A stretch of 64,000 bases of DNA from the human T2T-CHM13v2.0 reference genome, Homo sapiens, in the NCBI RefSeq assembly GCF_009914755.1, contig NC_060925.1; one strand, 5' to 3'. Numbering within the stretch: the first letter of the stretch is position 1; each line of letters opens with the position of its first letter. The position numbers and the translations under genes are program-made. The notes beneath the pieces were generated by a model, which had not been told where the DNA came from, made no database searches, and saw only the letters and a program-made list of their open reading frames with translations. Positions 1 through 14,990 of this stretch are shown in pieces.

Positions 1-1371
1 TCTCAGCAATATTTTACAGTTATCAGTGTACAAATATTGCATATATTTTCTTAAACTGATTCCTAAGTATTTCATATTTTATGTCAAAAAAATGGTCTTA
101 AAATTTTTTAAACTTCTCATTGTTTATTGCTGGTATAGAGAAATATAAGTAATTTATATATATTAATGCTGTATCCTGCAACTTTGCTAAACTTTTTTTT
201 TCAGTTCTAGTAGCTTTTTTGTCGATTAGGAATTTCTACATATACAATCATGTTGTATGTGAATAAAACATTTTATTTCTTCTTTTCCAATTTGTATGCC
301 TGTTATTTCTTTTTATTGTAATACTGCAATGACTAGGGCATCCAGTACAATACTGAACAGAAGTGACAATAATGGACATCTTTGTCTTGTTACTGGCTCG
401 AGTGGGAAAGTATTCAGTCTTTTGGCATTAAGTACAATGTTAGTTGTAGGTTTTTTTAAAATAAAAGCTCGTTATCACTTCTAATCTGTTTCCTAAGAGT
501 TTTTAACAGGAACAGGTGATCAATTTTATCAAATACTTTTTCCGCATCTATGGAGATGATCATACAATTGTTCTTTGTGAATATATTAATTGAATTACAT
601 TGATTGATTTTCAAATGTTAAAACAACCTAGTGTTCCTGGAATAAATGCTACCTGGTCATAAGATATTATCACTTTTATATATTGAAGGATTCAGTTTGC
701 TAAAATTCTGTTAAGGATTTTTGCATCTGTGTTTATGAGGGCTATTAATCTGTAGCTTTCCTTTTCATTTTAAAAATGTCTTTGATTTGGGCATCAGGGT
801 AATGCTTGCTTCATCACGTGAGTTGGAAGGTGTTTTTTTCTCTTAATTTCTGGCACAGTTTGCGTAAAATTGGTATTAGTTCTTCCTTAAATTTACAAGT
901 TAAGCCGTCTGGGCCTGGAGTTTTCTTTGCGGGAAGATTTTTAATGACAAAGTCCATTAACTTAATACATACAGGGCTCTTCAGATTATCTATTTCTTCT
1001 TAACCGAGCTTTGGTAATTTGTGTATTTTAAGAAATTTTTTTCATTTCATCTATCACGAAACTTACGGGCATAAAGTCATTTATTATCCTTTCAATATCT
1101 GCAGGTTCTGTAGTGATGTCCCTACTTCATTCCTGATATTGGTAATTTGTGTTTTACATATTTTTGTTAAGTCTCGCTATAGGTTTACCAATGTATTGAT
1201 TTTTTCAGAAGAAAACAGCATGTGGTTTTATTGATATTTCTTTACTGCTTTCCTAAATTTTCTATTTCATTGACTTCTATGATTATTTTTTCTTTCTTCC
1301 TGCTTACTTTGGGTTTCATTTGTTCTTCTCTTTCTAGCTTTTTAGGTGGAAGCTTCAATAATTGAATTTAG

Positions 1372-1641
<270 letters not shown>

Positions 1642-3816
1642 TAATACATGTATTTAATATCTTAAATGTTCCTGTAAGCACCATTTTAGTGGCATCTCAT
1701 ATATTTTAACATGTTGTGTTTTCATTTTTCTTTCAGTTTAAAATATCTTTTATTTTTCATTGTAATTTCTTTTTTACACATGGCTTATTTAGAAGTCTGA
1801 TGTTTAATTTCCAAGTAGTCAGGGGGATTCTCTAGTTATCTTTTTGTTGTTGATTTGAATTTTCCTTTTGTTGTTGAATGGGATTTTTTATAAATGTCAA
1901 TTAGGTAGCATTGGTTGATAGTCTGTTCAAGTCTTTTACATCCTTACTGATTTGCAATGTATTCCTTCTATCAATACTAAGAAGTGTTGAAATTCCCATA
2001 TTATATTATTGTGAATTTGTTTATTTCTCTTTTAAGCTTTGTCAATTGTTGTTGTGTATTTTGAAGCACTATTACCAGGTGCATGAACATTTATAATTTT
2101 TATGTCTTTTTGGTGAATTGACCCCATTATCATTACGAAATACCCTGCTTTAGCCCTGGTAATATTCCTTGTTCTGAAGTCTATTATTTTTTCTGATATT
2201 AACATGGCCATTTTGGCTTTCTTTTGATTACTATTAGCACACTATATTTTTTCTATCCTTTTACTTTTAACCTGCTTGTGTCTTTATATTTAATTATTGA
2301 GTTTTCTTCACACTTCTGCTTGCAGGAATGTGTCTTTATATTTAGAGATGGTTTTTTAAAGAAAACATATATTAGGTCCTGGTTTTTAATCTAATCAAAC
2401 TCTGCCTTTTGATTGGAGTGTTTAGAACTTTTACATTTAATGTAGCACTTGATATGGCTGGGCTTAAACCAATCAATTTCCTACTTGTTTATTGGCCCTT
2501 GTCTCTTTTTTTTGGATCTTTTGAGAGTAAGTGCATATTACTTATGGCCTCATTTTATCTTCATTTCTGACATATTAGCTATACTTATGTATAGTGATTA
2601 AGGTTTACAGTATACATCTTTAATTTATCACAGTCAAACAATAGTATGTTACTTCACATATAATGTAAGAATTTTACAAAAATACACTTCCATTTCCTAC
2701 CTTCCATCCTTTTTGCTACTTTTGTATACATTTTACTTCTACATATATTATTAATCTCATATTTTTTTAAACACTCAATTATCTTTTAAGGAAATTAAAA
2801 TAAGAAAAAAGTATTTTATCATTTTCAGTGCTTTTCAATTCTTTGTGTAAATTCAAGATTCTTTCTAGTGTCATAGTCCTTCTATCTACAGAAATTCTTT
2901 TAACTTTTCATGCAGTGCAGGTCTTCTGATAATGCATTCTCTAGGTTTTTGTCTGTCTGAAATGGTCTTTATTTTTCTTTTATTTTTGAAAATTATTTCC
3001 ACTGAGTATAGAATTATGGGTTCATAGGTTTTTTTCTCTTCCTACCTCTCCCAAGAACTTTTATATTACTCCTTTGTCTTCTGACATGCATAGTTTCTGA
3101 TGAGAAGTCCACTGTAATGCTTATTTTGATTCCTCTGTCAGTAATAATTCTTTTTTTATCCATCAACTTTTAAGCTTTTCTGTGTATCACTTTCATTCAG
3201 CAATTTGATTTTTCCTAATTTTTTATTATGGTAAAATACACATAACATAAAAATTTGCCATCTCAACCATTTCTAAGTGCACAGCTGAGTGGAATTCAAA
3301 TTCATAATGTTGTGCAACCCTCACCACTATCCGTCTCTGTAAATCTTTTCATTGTGAAAAACTGAAATGCTATACCCATTAACCAATATGGTACTTCCCC
3401 AGTATTTCCTACAATATGGTGTTTCCTCAGTATTTCCCCATTCCTTTTTCCCTGCAATCCCTGGCAACCACCATTGTACTTTCTATTTCTATTACTTTGA
3501 CTATTCTATGTGCCTCTCAGCAATTTTATTTTCATGGTACCTTGGCATAATTTTCTTTATGTCTTTAATATTTGGGTTTTAATGAACTTCTTTAATCTGT
3601 AGGCTACAGTTTTCACCAAATTTGGAAAATATTCAGCCATTATTTTTTCAAATAGTTTTTCTGCCTCTGCCACCTTCTTTCCTGGGGCTACAGTTATATT
3701 AGATCATTTCATATTTTCCCAAAGGTTATTGATATTCTGTTCAATATTTTTAAGTCTCTTTTCTCTCTGTCCTTCATTTGGGTAGTCTATATTGTCATGT
3801 CTTCAAGTTCACTGAT

Positions 3817-4229
<413 letters not shown>

Positions 4230-5456
4230 TAGCCTCATCATGTTCAGTTTCCTTTACATCCTTAGGAATATTTGTAAGATTCATAGTAGCTGCTTTAAGG
4301 TTTCTTTGTACTAATTCTATAATCTGTCATTTTTAAGTCTGTTCCTATTGGTTGATTTTCCTCTCAGATATGGGTCATATTTTCCTTTTCATGTCTGGTA
4401 ATTTTGTATTAGATATTGGACATTTTGAATTTTACATTGCTGGGTGCTGGGTTTTGATATATTCCTGCAAAGGATGTGGCACACTTTTCAGTAACTTGTA
4501 GATCCATCTGACCCTTTCAAGCTTTTAAACTTTGTTATGGCAAGTCCAGAGCAGCTTTTATTCTGGGAATAATTTATCCCCACTACTAAGGCATGACATT
4601 TCTGTGAACTCTACCCAATTCCTATCTAATACCATGTCTCTGCATTCTGGTTTATGGTAACATGCAACATTCCCAGTTCTGTTTAAGCCCCAGAAATTGT
4701 TCAGCCTATGGCCTTTTGATGGGTATTTCCCCAGTCTTAGTTTCTTCTCATGCATGTGCAGATTACTGCTCAGCCAAAAACTTAAGGAGACCTCTCTTCA
4801 GGTTTCTGAACATTTTTGGTGCAGCTCCTTCCTTTAGGGTTCTCCCTATAAATTCTAGCCTCTTTGGCCTCTCTGAATTCTTATTTTTATCTTCTCAACT
4901 CAGAAATCTAGAATTCATTTGGATTTCCTACAATATGGCCTAAAAACTGACCCCAGTACTAAATGGGGGCAATTGTAGGACTCACCGTGTTTTTCTTCCT
5001 TCAGGGATTATTGTACTGTGCCTGTTGTCCAATGTGAGTTGTTTAACACATTTAACTACTTTTTAGTTGTTAATAGCAAGGGCACAATTTAATTTCCATA
5101 GCAATTATTTTTTATTAGCAGACTTGGGTTTCATTTTGCCCATTTTTTTCCCTAAGGAACTTATACCATTTATATATACTAATGAGTAAAGGATTGAATA
5201 AATGATTTTACACTCTACTGGTCCTTTTCCATGCAGTATTTTTCCTTACTTTATTCTGTAATCCTCACAGCAGCAATTTTCAACTTTTTTTTGGTGGACA
5301 ATCTATACTAAAAATTTGATATTTAATAGAATTATTGACAACATTCTTCAAGAAATTAAGAGATTCAAAATAACAGAAACAAATCAATAATGATCAAAGC
5401 ACAATCACCAATCCAGCTTAACAAGGTCTTTTAGTATCTATAAAAGCAGCCCCTAG

Positions 5457-5740
5457 GGCTGGGTGTGGTGGGTCACTCCTGTAATCCCAGCACTTTGGGA
5501 GGCCGAGGTTAGGCGATAGCTTGAGCTCATGACCAGCCTGGGAAACATGGTGAAAGTCCGTCTCTACAAAAAATATAAAAATTAACCAGGCATGGTGGCA
5601 TGTGCCTGTAGTCCCAGCTACCTTAGGGGCTGGGGCAGGAGGATCACTTGAGCCCAAGAGGTCAAGGCTGCAGTAAGCTATGTTCGTGCCACTGTTCTTC
5701 AGCCTGGGTGACAAAGTGAGACCCTGTCTCAAAAAATAAC
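5457..5740 (+). mobile_element. Alu (AluJ-like)
   Basis: ggctgggtgtggtg...gaccctgtctcaaaaaa with AluJ-type ggatcacttgagcccaagaggtcaaggctgcag; flanking AAAGCAGCC repeats. Confidence 0.9.
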
Positions 5741-5892
5741 CAAAGCAGCCACTATTCATTTACCACCCCTCAGTGTTATACCATTTTAGTAAGAACCATC
5801 TACTGCCCTAGCTTTAATAAAGCTGTTATTAAAAAATGTATTAGTGTTCTGGAATTATGAGTGATTAGAAAAATATTAAGCTTCCTGTTTTA

Positions 5893-6619
5893 CAGTAGTC
5901 CACCCTTGTCTGTAGCTTTATTTTCCAGTTTCAGTTACCCATGGTCAATTGTGGTTTGAAAATATTAAATGGAAAATTCCAGAAATAAATAATTCATCAG
6001 CTTTAAATTATGCACCATTCTGAGGCATGTGATGAAATCTCCTATCGTCTGACTCCACCCTACCTGGGATGTGAATCATCCTTGTCCAGCACATTCAAGC
6101 TGTATTTGCTACCCCACCATTAGTCACTTAGTAGCCATCTCGATTGTCAGATCCACCATCACGTTGTCTCAGTGCTTGTGTTCAAGTAACTCTTACTTTA
6201 CTTAATAATGGCCCCAAAGCACAAGAGTAGTGATGCCAGCACTTTGGACATGCCAAAGACAAGCTGTAAAGTGCCTCCTTTATGTGAAAAGGTGAAAGTT
6301 CTTGACTTAATAAGGCAAGAAAAAAACTGTATTCTGAGGTTGCTAAGATCTACAGTAAGAATAAAACTTCTATCCATCAAATTTCAAAGGGGAAAAAAAT
6401 TGGTGCTAGTTTTGGTGCTTCACCTCAAACTATAAAAAGCTGTTGCCACAGAGCATGATAAGTGCTTAGTTAAGATGGAAAAAGCATTAAATTTGTGAGT
6501 GGAAGATATGAACAGAAACAGTCTGATTGACAGTAATCAGTTTGGGTATTATCCACTGTTTCACTGGCATCTACTGGTGGTCTTGGAACATATCCCCCTT
6601 GAATAAGGGAGGACTACTA
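5893..6619 (+). mobile_element. MER44 (Tigger7-derived TcMar DNA transposon) with a remnant of the transposase N-terminus
   Basis: TA-flanked terminal inverted repeats (cagtagtccaccctt ... aagggaggactacta). ORF 6208-6435 MAPKHKSSDA...EKVKVLDLIR resembles a Tigger transposase N-terminus and is decayed. Confidence 0.85.
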
Positions 6620-6698
6620 TAATAATAATGTATGTACACTGTCAACATTTAAGAAAATATGATAAATTACAAAAAAACTTTAAACAATCTGCAATCCA

Positions 6699-7062
<364 letters not shown>

Positions 7063-7073
7063 TCACTGCATAC

Positions 7074-7188
7074 CTGTGAAGGCAGGATGAGAGCAGGTGC
7101 AGGACAGATGTGAACAGAGCACTGCCCAGGTGTGCCTCACTGGTCCACCTGTATAACTGTCCATGACAGGATGGCATGGACCTAGAAT
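7074..7188 (-). other. Candidate cassette 5' exon of the - strand gene (STPG1)
   Basis: On the - strand: acceptor cttcactgctctttcttAG and donor CAG|GTATGC, giving 115 nt in apparently non-repeat sequence. Confidence 0.4.
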
Positions 7189-7269
7189 CTAAGAAAGAGC
7201 AGTGAAGATATACCACTTTCCGAATCAACAACATATGTTTAAGCGATTCCTACGTGGGGGCCAGCGCAG

Positions 7270-7720
7270 CAGTCCAGAGTATCCAGTCCTGGGTTCAAGG
7301 TTATGGCCTGCCACTTAATAGCTCTGATTCTCGATGAGTCACTTAAACTTCTGAGCCTATTTCCTCCTCCATAAACTGGGAGTGATAACAGTACCTTCCT
7401 CTTAGGCTGATCCATGTGAAGTGGTTAACACTGCCTATCCTGCAGTAGGCTTGTATTAATGTAGGGTTTTAATATACGCACAGGGATATCGTATTAACAA
7501 CTTAAAATAATAGCTATCATTTATTGAGCCTGCACAGTCCTAAATGCCTTCTATGGAATACCTTATGCAATTTTTATAATAATCCAGTGAGGTATAATCC
7601 CCACTTTTTACAGATGAGAAAACTTAAGTTTGGTGGGGGGTTAAGTGACTTGCCCAAAGTCACATTAGAAGAAAAGTGGAATCAGGCTTTGAACTCAGGA
7701 AGTCTGACTTCTACTCACTC
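7270..7720. mobile_element. Two MIR fragments in opposite orientation
   Basis: MIR core motifs gagtcacttaaacttctgagcct...ataacagtacct and its reverse ccacttttacagatgagaaaact...aagtgacttgcccaaagtcac. Confidence 0.7.
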
Positions 7721-7774
7721 CTTAACCTCTATAATAACCTCTCAGGCAGCACACACTAAATATTAACTTGCTAA

Positions 7775-8110
<336 letters not shown>

Positions 8111-8947
8111 TGGTTGGGTTTCTGAAGTTACAATATTGCATATAGTTTTCAAAATATAAAGCAAATAAGGGATGGCTGGGTGGGGGCAAATATTTGACTC
8201 TCTTGAATATTCACAGAATGCTAGGTTTCATCAGAACACAGTTTAAAAACTCCTGGGGGAAGTTCACTGTTGGACAGTTCTAATTGCTAGAAAGTTCCTT
8301 CCTGTATCAAAGCTGATTCTCTCTCTCTTTTTTTCTTTTTCTATCCGTCCTAATTCCCACCCTTGGAACCACCTCAAAGTAAGTCTCATTTCTCTTCCAC
8401 ATTGGTGATTTTCAAAATGCAAGTCATAGTCTGTAGTCTTTTGTGAAGTTTTAGTTTGTCATATGCGTGTGTGCATGCTGGGTCACAATATAAAATGCAT
8501 TTACCATGAGTCACAGTCAAAAGGTTTGAAAGCCACTGTTCTATATGACTATTCTGCAAGAATTTGAAGGCAGTTGTCGTGCCCCACCACCTAAAGACTA
8601 ATCTTCTTCTCCACATGGGACCTCCCTGGCTTTTGCCACATATCTCCTTGCTGCATGGGGAGCTCCTTTCCTCACCGGACCCAGGCATCGTCCTGCAGTC
8701 CTGTCACAAAATTCACGAGACTCTCTGCTCAAACCTTCTTAGGGATGACTTCCCTGACCACCCTCTCTTAAGAAGCACCAACCCATCTCTCTCTAGCCCC
8801 TTACTCTGCTTTATCTTTTTCAAAGCACTTTTCACTACCCAACATTATATTGTATGTTTATTACTTTATTTGTTTATGATCTTCCCCAGTAGAAAGTTCA
8901 ACTCTGAATCTTCAGTCTATTTCCTCACATACAGTATTTGCTCAATT

Positions 8948-9082
8948 GGCCAGGCATGGTGGCCCACACCCGTAATCCCAGCACTTTGAGAGGCTGAGGG
9001 GGAAGGATGGCTTGAGACAGAAGTTCAAGACTACCCTGGGCAACATAGCAAGGCCCTGTCTCTACAAAAATAATAATAATAG
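8948..9082 (+). mobile_element. Alu left monomer/FLAM inserted in an L2 3' end
   Basis: ggccaggcatggtgg...ctctacaaaaataataataat; the L2 tail ataaatattggtggaatgaatgaatgaa resumes at ~9115. Confidence 0.75.
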
Positions 9083-10044
9083 TATTGAGAATTTTTAAAA
9101 ATAGTATTTTCTTCATAAATATTGGTGGAATGAATGAATGAATGAATACTAGAGGTAGACACCTTTTAGCAATTGTGTGTACAGCTGTGCTCAGAATATA
9201 TTTCCAGCGGGAGTTAGATTCTACAAGGACAGCTCACATGATCACAACTATAGGCACAGTTTCATTTTATCATCTCTTGTGTTTTTAAAAAACGTTATAT
9301 ATGCTAAGTATTACAGTTTACATTATACATGTTACTGTACAGGGTATATAAACATGTACTAAACTATGTATACTGTTACTTTAGATAGAATTTTTTTGGA
9401 TGTCCTGAGTAGTTTCGTCTGTAGGCGATTTTTATCTACTCAGTTATAAGCATCTTGGAAGCAGCTTACATTTTTTCAAAGCACTCTCAGGTAAATAACC
9501 CATTCGATAGTCTTCATAGGCTGAGAAAGTGTATCAGGGAGCTGGAAGGAAATTTAGCGGCGGGCTAGTGACCACCAGGTTCCAATCTCACCCTTTTATT
9601 TTACAGATGGGTAAATCGAGGCCCAAAGCAGGGAAGTCGTTTGCTGGGGGACAACCCCTGAGCTGGGGTGAACCTATGAGTAGAGATCAGGTCTTTGGCG
9701 TCCACCCACTGCCAGGCACTGAAGCCTCCCAACTTTTGCGCACTCGCGGAGCCTGAGCCAGAAGGGTCGGACGCCCACGCCCCTGGCAGGAGCTCGGTGG
9801 AGCAGGCAAGCCCCAGTTGTCACCACTTTTCGGGTGGAAACACCGAGGACACGCCCCGACGCAGGGGCAACTCCCATGGTGGCTTCTTCCCGCCCTCGGG
9901 GCTCCACCTAGCTCAGCCCTGGAATTCCGCAAGCACCCGGAGGCCGGGGGGTCTCCGCGGGCGTCCCATGCGGAGGACATGGTGCGCCGTGTCCTCTTCC
10001 CCACGACCTCAGGGACCGGTCCCCCCGCCGGAACTGCTTCCTAC

Positions 10045-10145
10045 CTGGTCCGGTCCCGGCAGCTGAATCTGGCCAGCCCAACCTCCCGGTCGCTATGGCA
10101 CCCACAGGCCTAACATTCGCGAGTCCACCTTCCGCCGTCCGCGAG
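10045..10145 (-). other. STPG1: Probable non-coding first exon of STPG1 (TSS approximate)
   Basis: - strand donor CAG|GTAGGA at 10045/10044 inside the CpG island, downstream of two CCAAT boxes. Identity comes from the known head-to-head arrangement with NIPAL3; no STPG1 coding sequence is in the window. Confidence 0.55.
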
Positions 10146-10309
10146 GTAACTCCAGCCAATGGCATCCTCTGTTTCTTTAACGTGAAAAGTTGTTGACCAA
10201 TCATTAGAGGCGTTTCAAAGTCCGCAGAGAAGCCGGCCGAATTTTAGGGCTTAGGTTAATTACATCAGGGCCTGTAGCGGGGTGGGGAACTAATAAGAGG
10301 TTTATCTAG

Positions 10310-10786
<477 letters not shown>

Positions 10787-10890
10787 TAGTATTCCAGGAG
10801 CCCCTCTTCACACGCTTCAGGGCAGGGCGGTCTCAGCGACCTTGTCACTCCCCTGCTTAAAGTCCTCCAATGGCTCGCCTTTAAATTTAG

Positions 10891-11202
<312 letters not shown>

Positions 11203-11283
11203 CCCAAATATGTTATTTATAAACTGTCCCTGGCCCGTCCCTCAGATCGCAGGCCCAACCACGCCCCCAGAAAAATCTCTCAC

Positions 11284-11470
11284 CAGCCCTGCTGGCCTTC
11301 GGGCAGTTTCTACAATGCACCAACTCGTTCCTCTCCCATGTTCCCAAGGAGCTTTCTCTGCCCCACGATCTGAGACTAGAACTGCCTCTTTCTCATTGTT
11401 GATGTCTAGGCCCAAATGACATTTCTTCATACGTAAAACGGGCTTCAAGTCTCACTCATGGCTGTGACGA
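11284..11470 (-). other. STPG1: Possible alternative non-coding first exon of STPG1
   Basis: - strand donor CTG|GTGAGA at 11284/11283; TSS end approximate. Confidence 0.35.
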
Positions 11471-11940
11471 TCTGAAAGCAAATGCGTGTATATGACAACG
11501 TGTGAGCGATGAGAAGCTTGTCATCTGTAAAACTCCATGCGCATGTTAATTATCATGGCCGTGATAATTATGTACATTATAGAAACATTAACCAAGCGCT
11601 GGGCTCGTTTCAGGACCTTCAGTATTGCTGGGAGGCTTGGTATCCGACAGGTGTTCCAGGAGGGCAGGAAAGGAGAGATATGTTTGGTCCCAAGTCTCGC
11701 GAGGGCTCTGGGGAGCGCTGGGTCTTCAAGGACGTTTTGGATTTGAATACTTGGTGAGAGCGTCGGGTAGGGGAACAGCAGGAGCAAAGCCCGGAAGGTG
11801 GCTATGAGGATAAGAAGGGAGGACACCTGGCAGGCTGCTAAAACCAGGCCCACCTGCCGGGCAGGTGGAGGCGAGCAACCACCTAAGCTCTCTGGGACAG
11901 CGGGAGAGGGGGCAGGGGAGTCGCCGCACCATTCTTCCTG

Positions 11941-11958
11941 TGGCCGCTAGGGGGTCCC
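11941..11958 (+). promoter_or_regulatory. CTCF-like motif
   Basis: TGGCCGCTAGGGGGTCCC versus consensus TGGCCACCAGGGGGCGC. Confidence 0.55.
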
Positions 11959-12124
11959 CGCTCCAGGTGAGCGCCAAGCTCTAGCCCCAGGTCGCTCCCT
12001 TATGCTTCAAGCAAGCTTTGCAGCGCAGCCAATTGCCAGGGGCTGTCCCGCCTACTCCCCGTCCTCGCAGCCACTTGCCTGCGCGAAATGCCTGCCAACT
12101 TCTGACTGGCAGGCAGTCTGGCAA

Positions 12125-12277
12125 ATCAAATCGCGACCTTTGAAAGCAAAACACTGCAGCATCTTGGCAGCTCTGAATTGGGAAGGGATGAAGGAGGCTG
12201 TGCCTCCGGGTTGCACGAAGAGTCCGAGTCATTTCTCAGAAGGTTTTGATAGGTGGGCCTTAGAGGAGACGCCGCCG
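12125..12277 (+). other. NIPAL3: NIPAL3 non-coding exon 1 (5' end approximate)
   Basis: Strong donor CCG|GTGAGT at 12277/12278 within the CpG island, upstream of the acceptor at 15662. Confidence 0.75.
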
Positions 12278-13523
12278 GTGAGTAGTGATTAACACCGGGA
12301 GGAAGGGGAATTGAATTTAACCTTCGTTTTTTTCTGGAAAAAGCGAAGTCACCTAACGTCCCCTAGTGTACATACCCTTCCTTCTTACTGTCACCAGCCT
12401 CGCCAACCTGGGTCCCGTTGCCTTGGAATGTTCTTTCCAGTTTTGCATCGAGGCCAAGAGGAGCGGGGGCATGGGCTACCTTACTAAAGGTGATGCCAGG
12501 CTCTACCAAACCAGGAAGTGACATGGAGTTAACTTTGCCAGAATTTCTCCTCTTCGTGCCGAGCGGCTCGGGCTTCCTGGCGGCAGCAGATGGTGGAGTT
12601 AGCAGGTGGGATGAGGGGAGGCGTTCTTGGTCTAAGCCCGCTTCTGGAACAGAGGTGCTGTCTCCTCGAGTTGTAAGTTTCCAGCTCAGTGGGACGGGAC
12701 GGAAGAATGTAACCTTCTCGTGAGCCAAAGCCGAGGAACGGGAAGCTTGGCAGGGAACTGGCGCTCACCTCCAGAAGCCAGATCGTCGGGTGGTGGGAAA
12801 GAGCGTGTTTTATTGATTTGTTCAGAAAGAGGCAAATTCGAATACAGACGCTATGAGCCACGGCTGTCCCATTTGTAAAACGTGCTCTGTGGGATTGGTG
12901 AAATCCGTCATCGAGATAAACGGGGTGGGAATGGAAGCAGAGCACCTAGTGAATTCTCATTCCTTCCTTGGGTCAGTGACCACGTGCTCTAATTGTGGGG
13001 TGGTTGACAACGCAGAGGTGACTGCTTGCCTCTCGGGCATATGTAGGTCCTGAAGAAATGCTTCGAAATCAGGAAAAGAGAGTCACCAGGTGAAAAGTAT
13101 GTGTCTTATAAGGGAGTACAGCTTGCAAAGGGTTCCTCCAGGCTTTCAGTCCGGACTCCCACCCAGCTGAGGGAGAGCCTTCAATCTTTGCAGGCGATGC
13201 TTCAGAGGCCTGCGAGTTCCTGAGGCAGAGAGGGAAGCTGCTTTTTAAAAGAAAAATTAAACCACAGCAATGCCAACCACCACAAACAAAAGCAAAACCA
13301 GAAAAGCACTTGGGCAAACTACTCTGAAGGATGTTAGGAGGCCTGGGTTCCCACCACTCCCTTGATTGACATGTCGCTAAGGTCTGTTGGCTTTCTCTGA
13401 CCTCCTGTGGGTGGGGCTGAGTATATCTGCTTGTTGAAGCTCTGGAGTTGTGGTTGATTAGGCCTTAGAAAGGCATTCTTGACTGCGAAGGGGCCACAGT
13501 GCACCCAGTGCTTAACCAGCCTG

Positions 13524-13639
13524 CATTTAGTCAGTCGGTTGGTATGTATACAAGTCACTGTCAGGCTCTGGGCTAGATCTCATTTAGTCAGTTGGTTGGT
13601 ATGTATAGAAGTCACTGTCAGGCTCTGGGCTAGATCTCA
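13524..13639. repeat. Tandem duplication, 2 x 57 bp
   Basis: catttagtcagtYggttggtatgtataSaagtcactgtcaggctctgggctagatct at 13524 and 13581, with 2 mismatches. Confidence 0.95.
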
Positions 13640-14732
13640 GCTGGGAGCAACTGAACAGGGTATTCCGCAAACACCTCACTGGAGTTTGCGCTCCTCAACT
13701 CCATGACTGCTTCATGGTTGAATGCTTCCCGGGGCCTCTCAGAGGTAGAAAGAACCCTGAGCCACTCTTAAGGCTCTTATGATTATTACAAATGCTAAAA
13801 CATTTTTACAGAAATGTAACACAATAATGCTTTTCACATGTACGTGAAAGTATAGTGAACAATTATGCTTTCCACAAGATTGCAAACACATATTCATAGG
13901 GTTTTACAGGCAGGGAAGTCTAGCTATGGGATGTGAATTACCTGATAAAGTTACCCGGTGAATGCTTACATCTCATGTCTGTATATTGGATATATAACCT
14001 CGTCTGCAGGTAGTAGCAATAATTTCATCCTGAGGCCCTCTGACAAAGTGAAACCAAGCCAAATGGTTTCTGTAGCTGTCCCTATGCTAAACCTGCATTT
14101 GTTGTATCCCAGGACTGGACATGGTGTTCCCCTTATCACATATGTATGTGCTGTCCACACCATGAACCAGAATTCCTGGGCCTAGGGCCGGATAGCAGAA
14201 GGAACTGGAAGCTACAGGATACACAGGAGGCAGCTCTCTGAAGCCTCAGGGAGTGGCAGAAATTGTTTAGCTCACAGTGAGCCCTCAGTAAATATTTGTT
14301 GGATGAATGCATGAGAGAGAAAGGAATGGACAAAATAAATAATTAAACAGGAGAGAATAAAATTAATCTTAACAGCAGCTCACATTCATGGACCATTTGC
14401 TATGCCTGCATTTTACATGTATGATTTCATCAAATTCTCATGACTGCCATGTGGAGTGGGAACATTATTATCTATATTTCACAGCTGGAGAAACTGGCTG
14501 AAAAGTTAAATGACCTGGCAAAGGTAAAACAGGTAGCACATGGCACATCAAAAGCAATTTAAAACATTTTTCTATTAAAATAAACATAGACTATGCAGTA
14601 GAATACATTTCTAAAAAATGTATAAAAAGTCCTCAAAGAAAACCCTAACACTTTTAAGCAGGGTTTTGGCCATGCCTCCTAGGACACTAGAAGTATACTT
14701 TCTCTTCTCTGTTTGGTAGCAAATTTTGAGAA

Positions 14733-14990
14733 GTGGCACACACCTGTAATCCTAGCACTTTGGGAGGCTGAGGCAAGTGGACTGCTTGAGCCTAAGAGTT
14801 CAAGACCAGCCTGATAACATGGCGAAACCCTGTCTCTACAAAAAAATTAGCCAGGCCTTGTGGCACGCGTCTGAGGTCCCAGCTACTTGGGAGGCTGAGG
14901 GAGGATTGCTTGAGCCCAGCTTGAGGCCATGTTTGTGCCACTGCACTCCAGCCTGGATGACAGAGTGAGATTCTGTCTCCAAAAAAAGGA
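14733..14990 (+). mobile_element. Alu (AluJ-like), partial
   Basis: gtggcacacacctgtaatcctagc...gagattctgtctccaaaaaaa. Confidence 0.85.

Noticed and set aside
6208-6435. Transposase-like ORF as a domesticated TIGD-like gene
   Set aside because: Short, frameshifted remnant inside a non-autonomous MER44 element.
9529-10204. Many overlapping ORFs in the CpG island
   Set aside because: Expected from stop-codon scarcity in GC-rich DNA; no recognisable protein.
13524-13639. Direct repeats as a CRISPR-like array
   Set aside because: Only two adjacent units with no spacers, in a eukaryotic locus.
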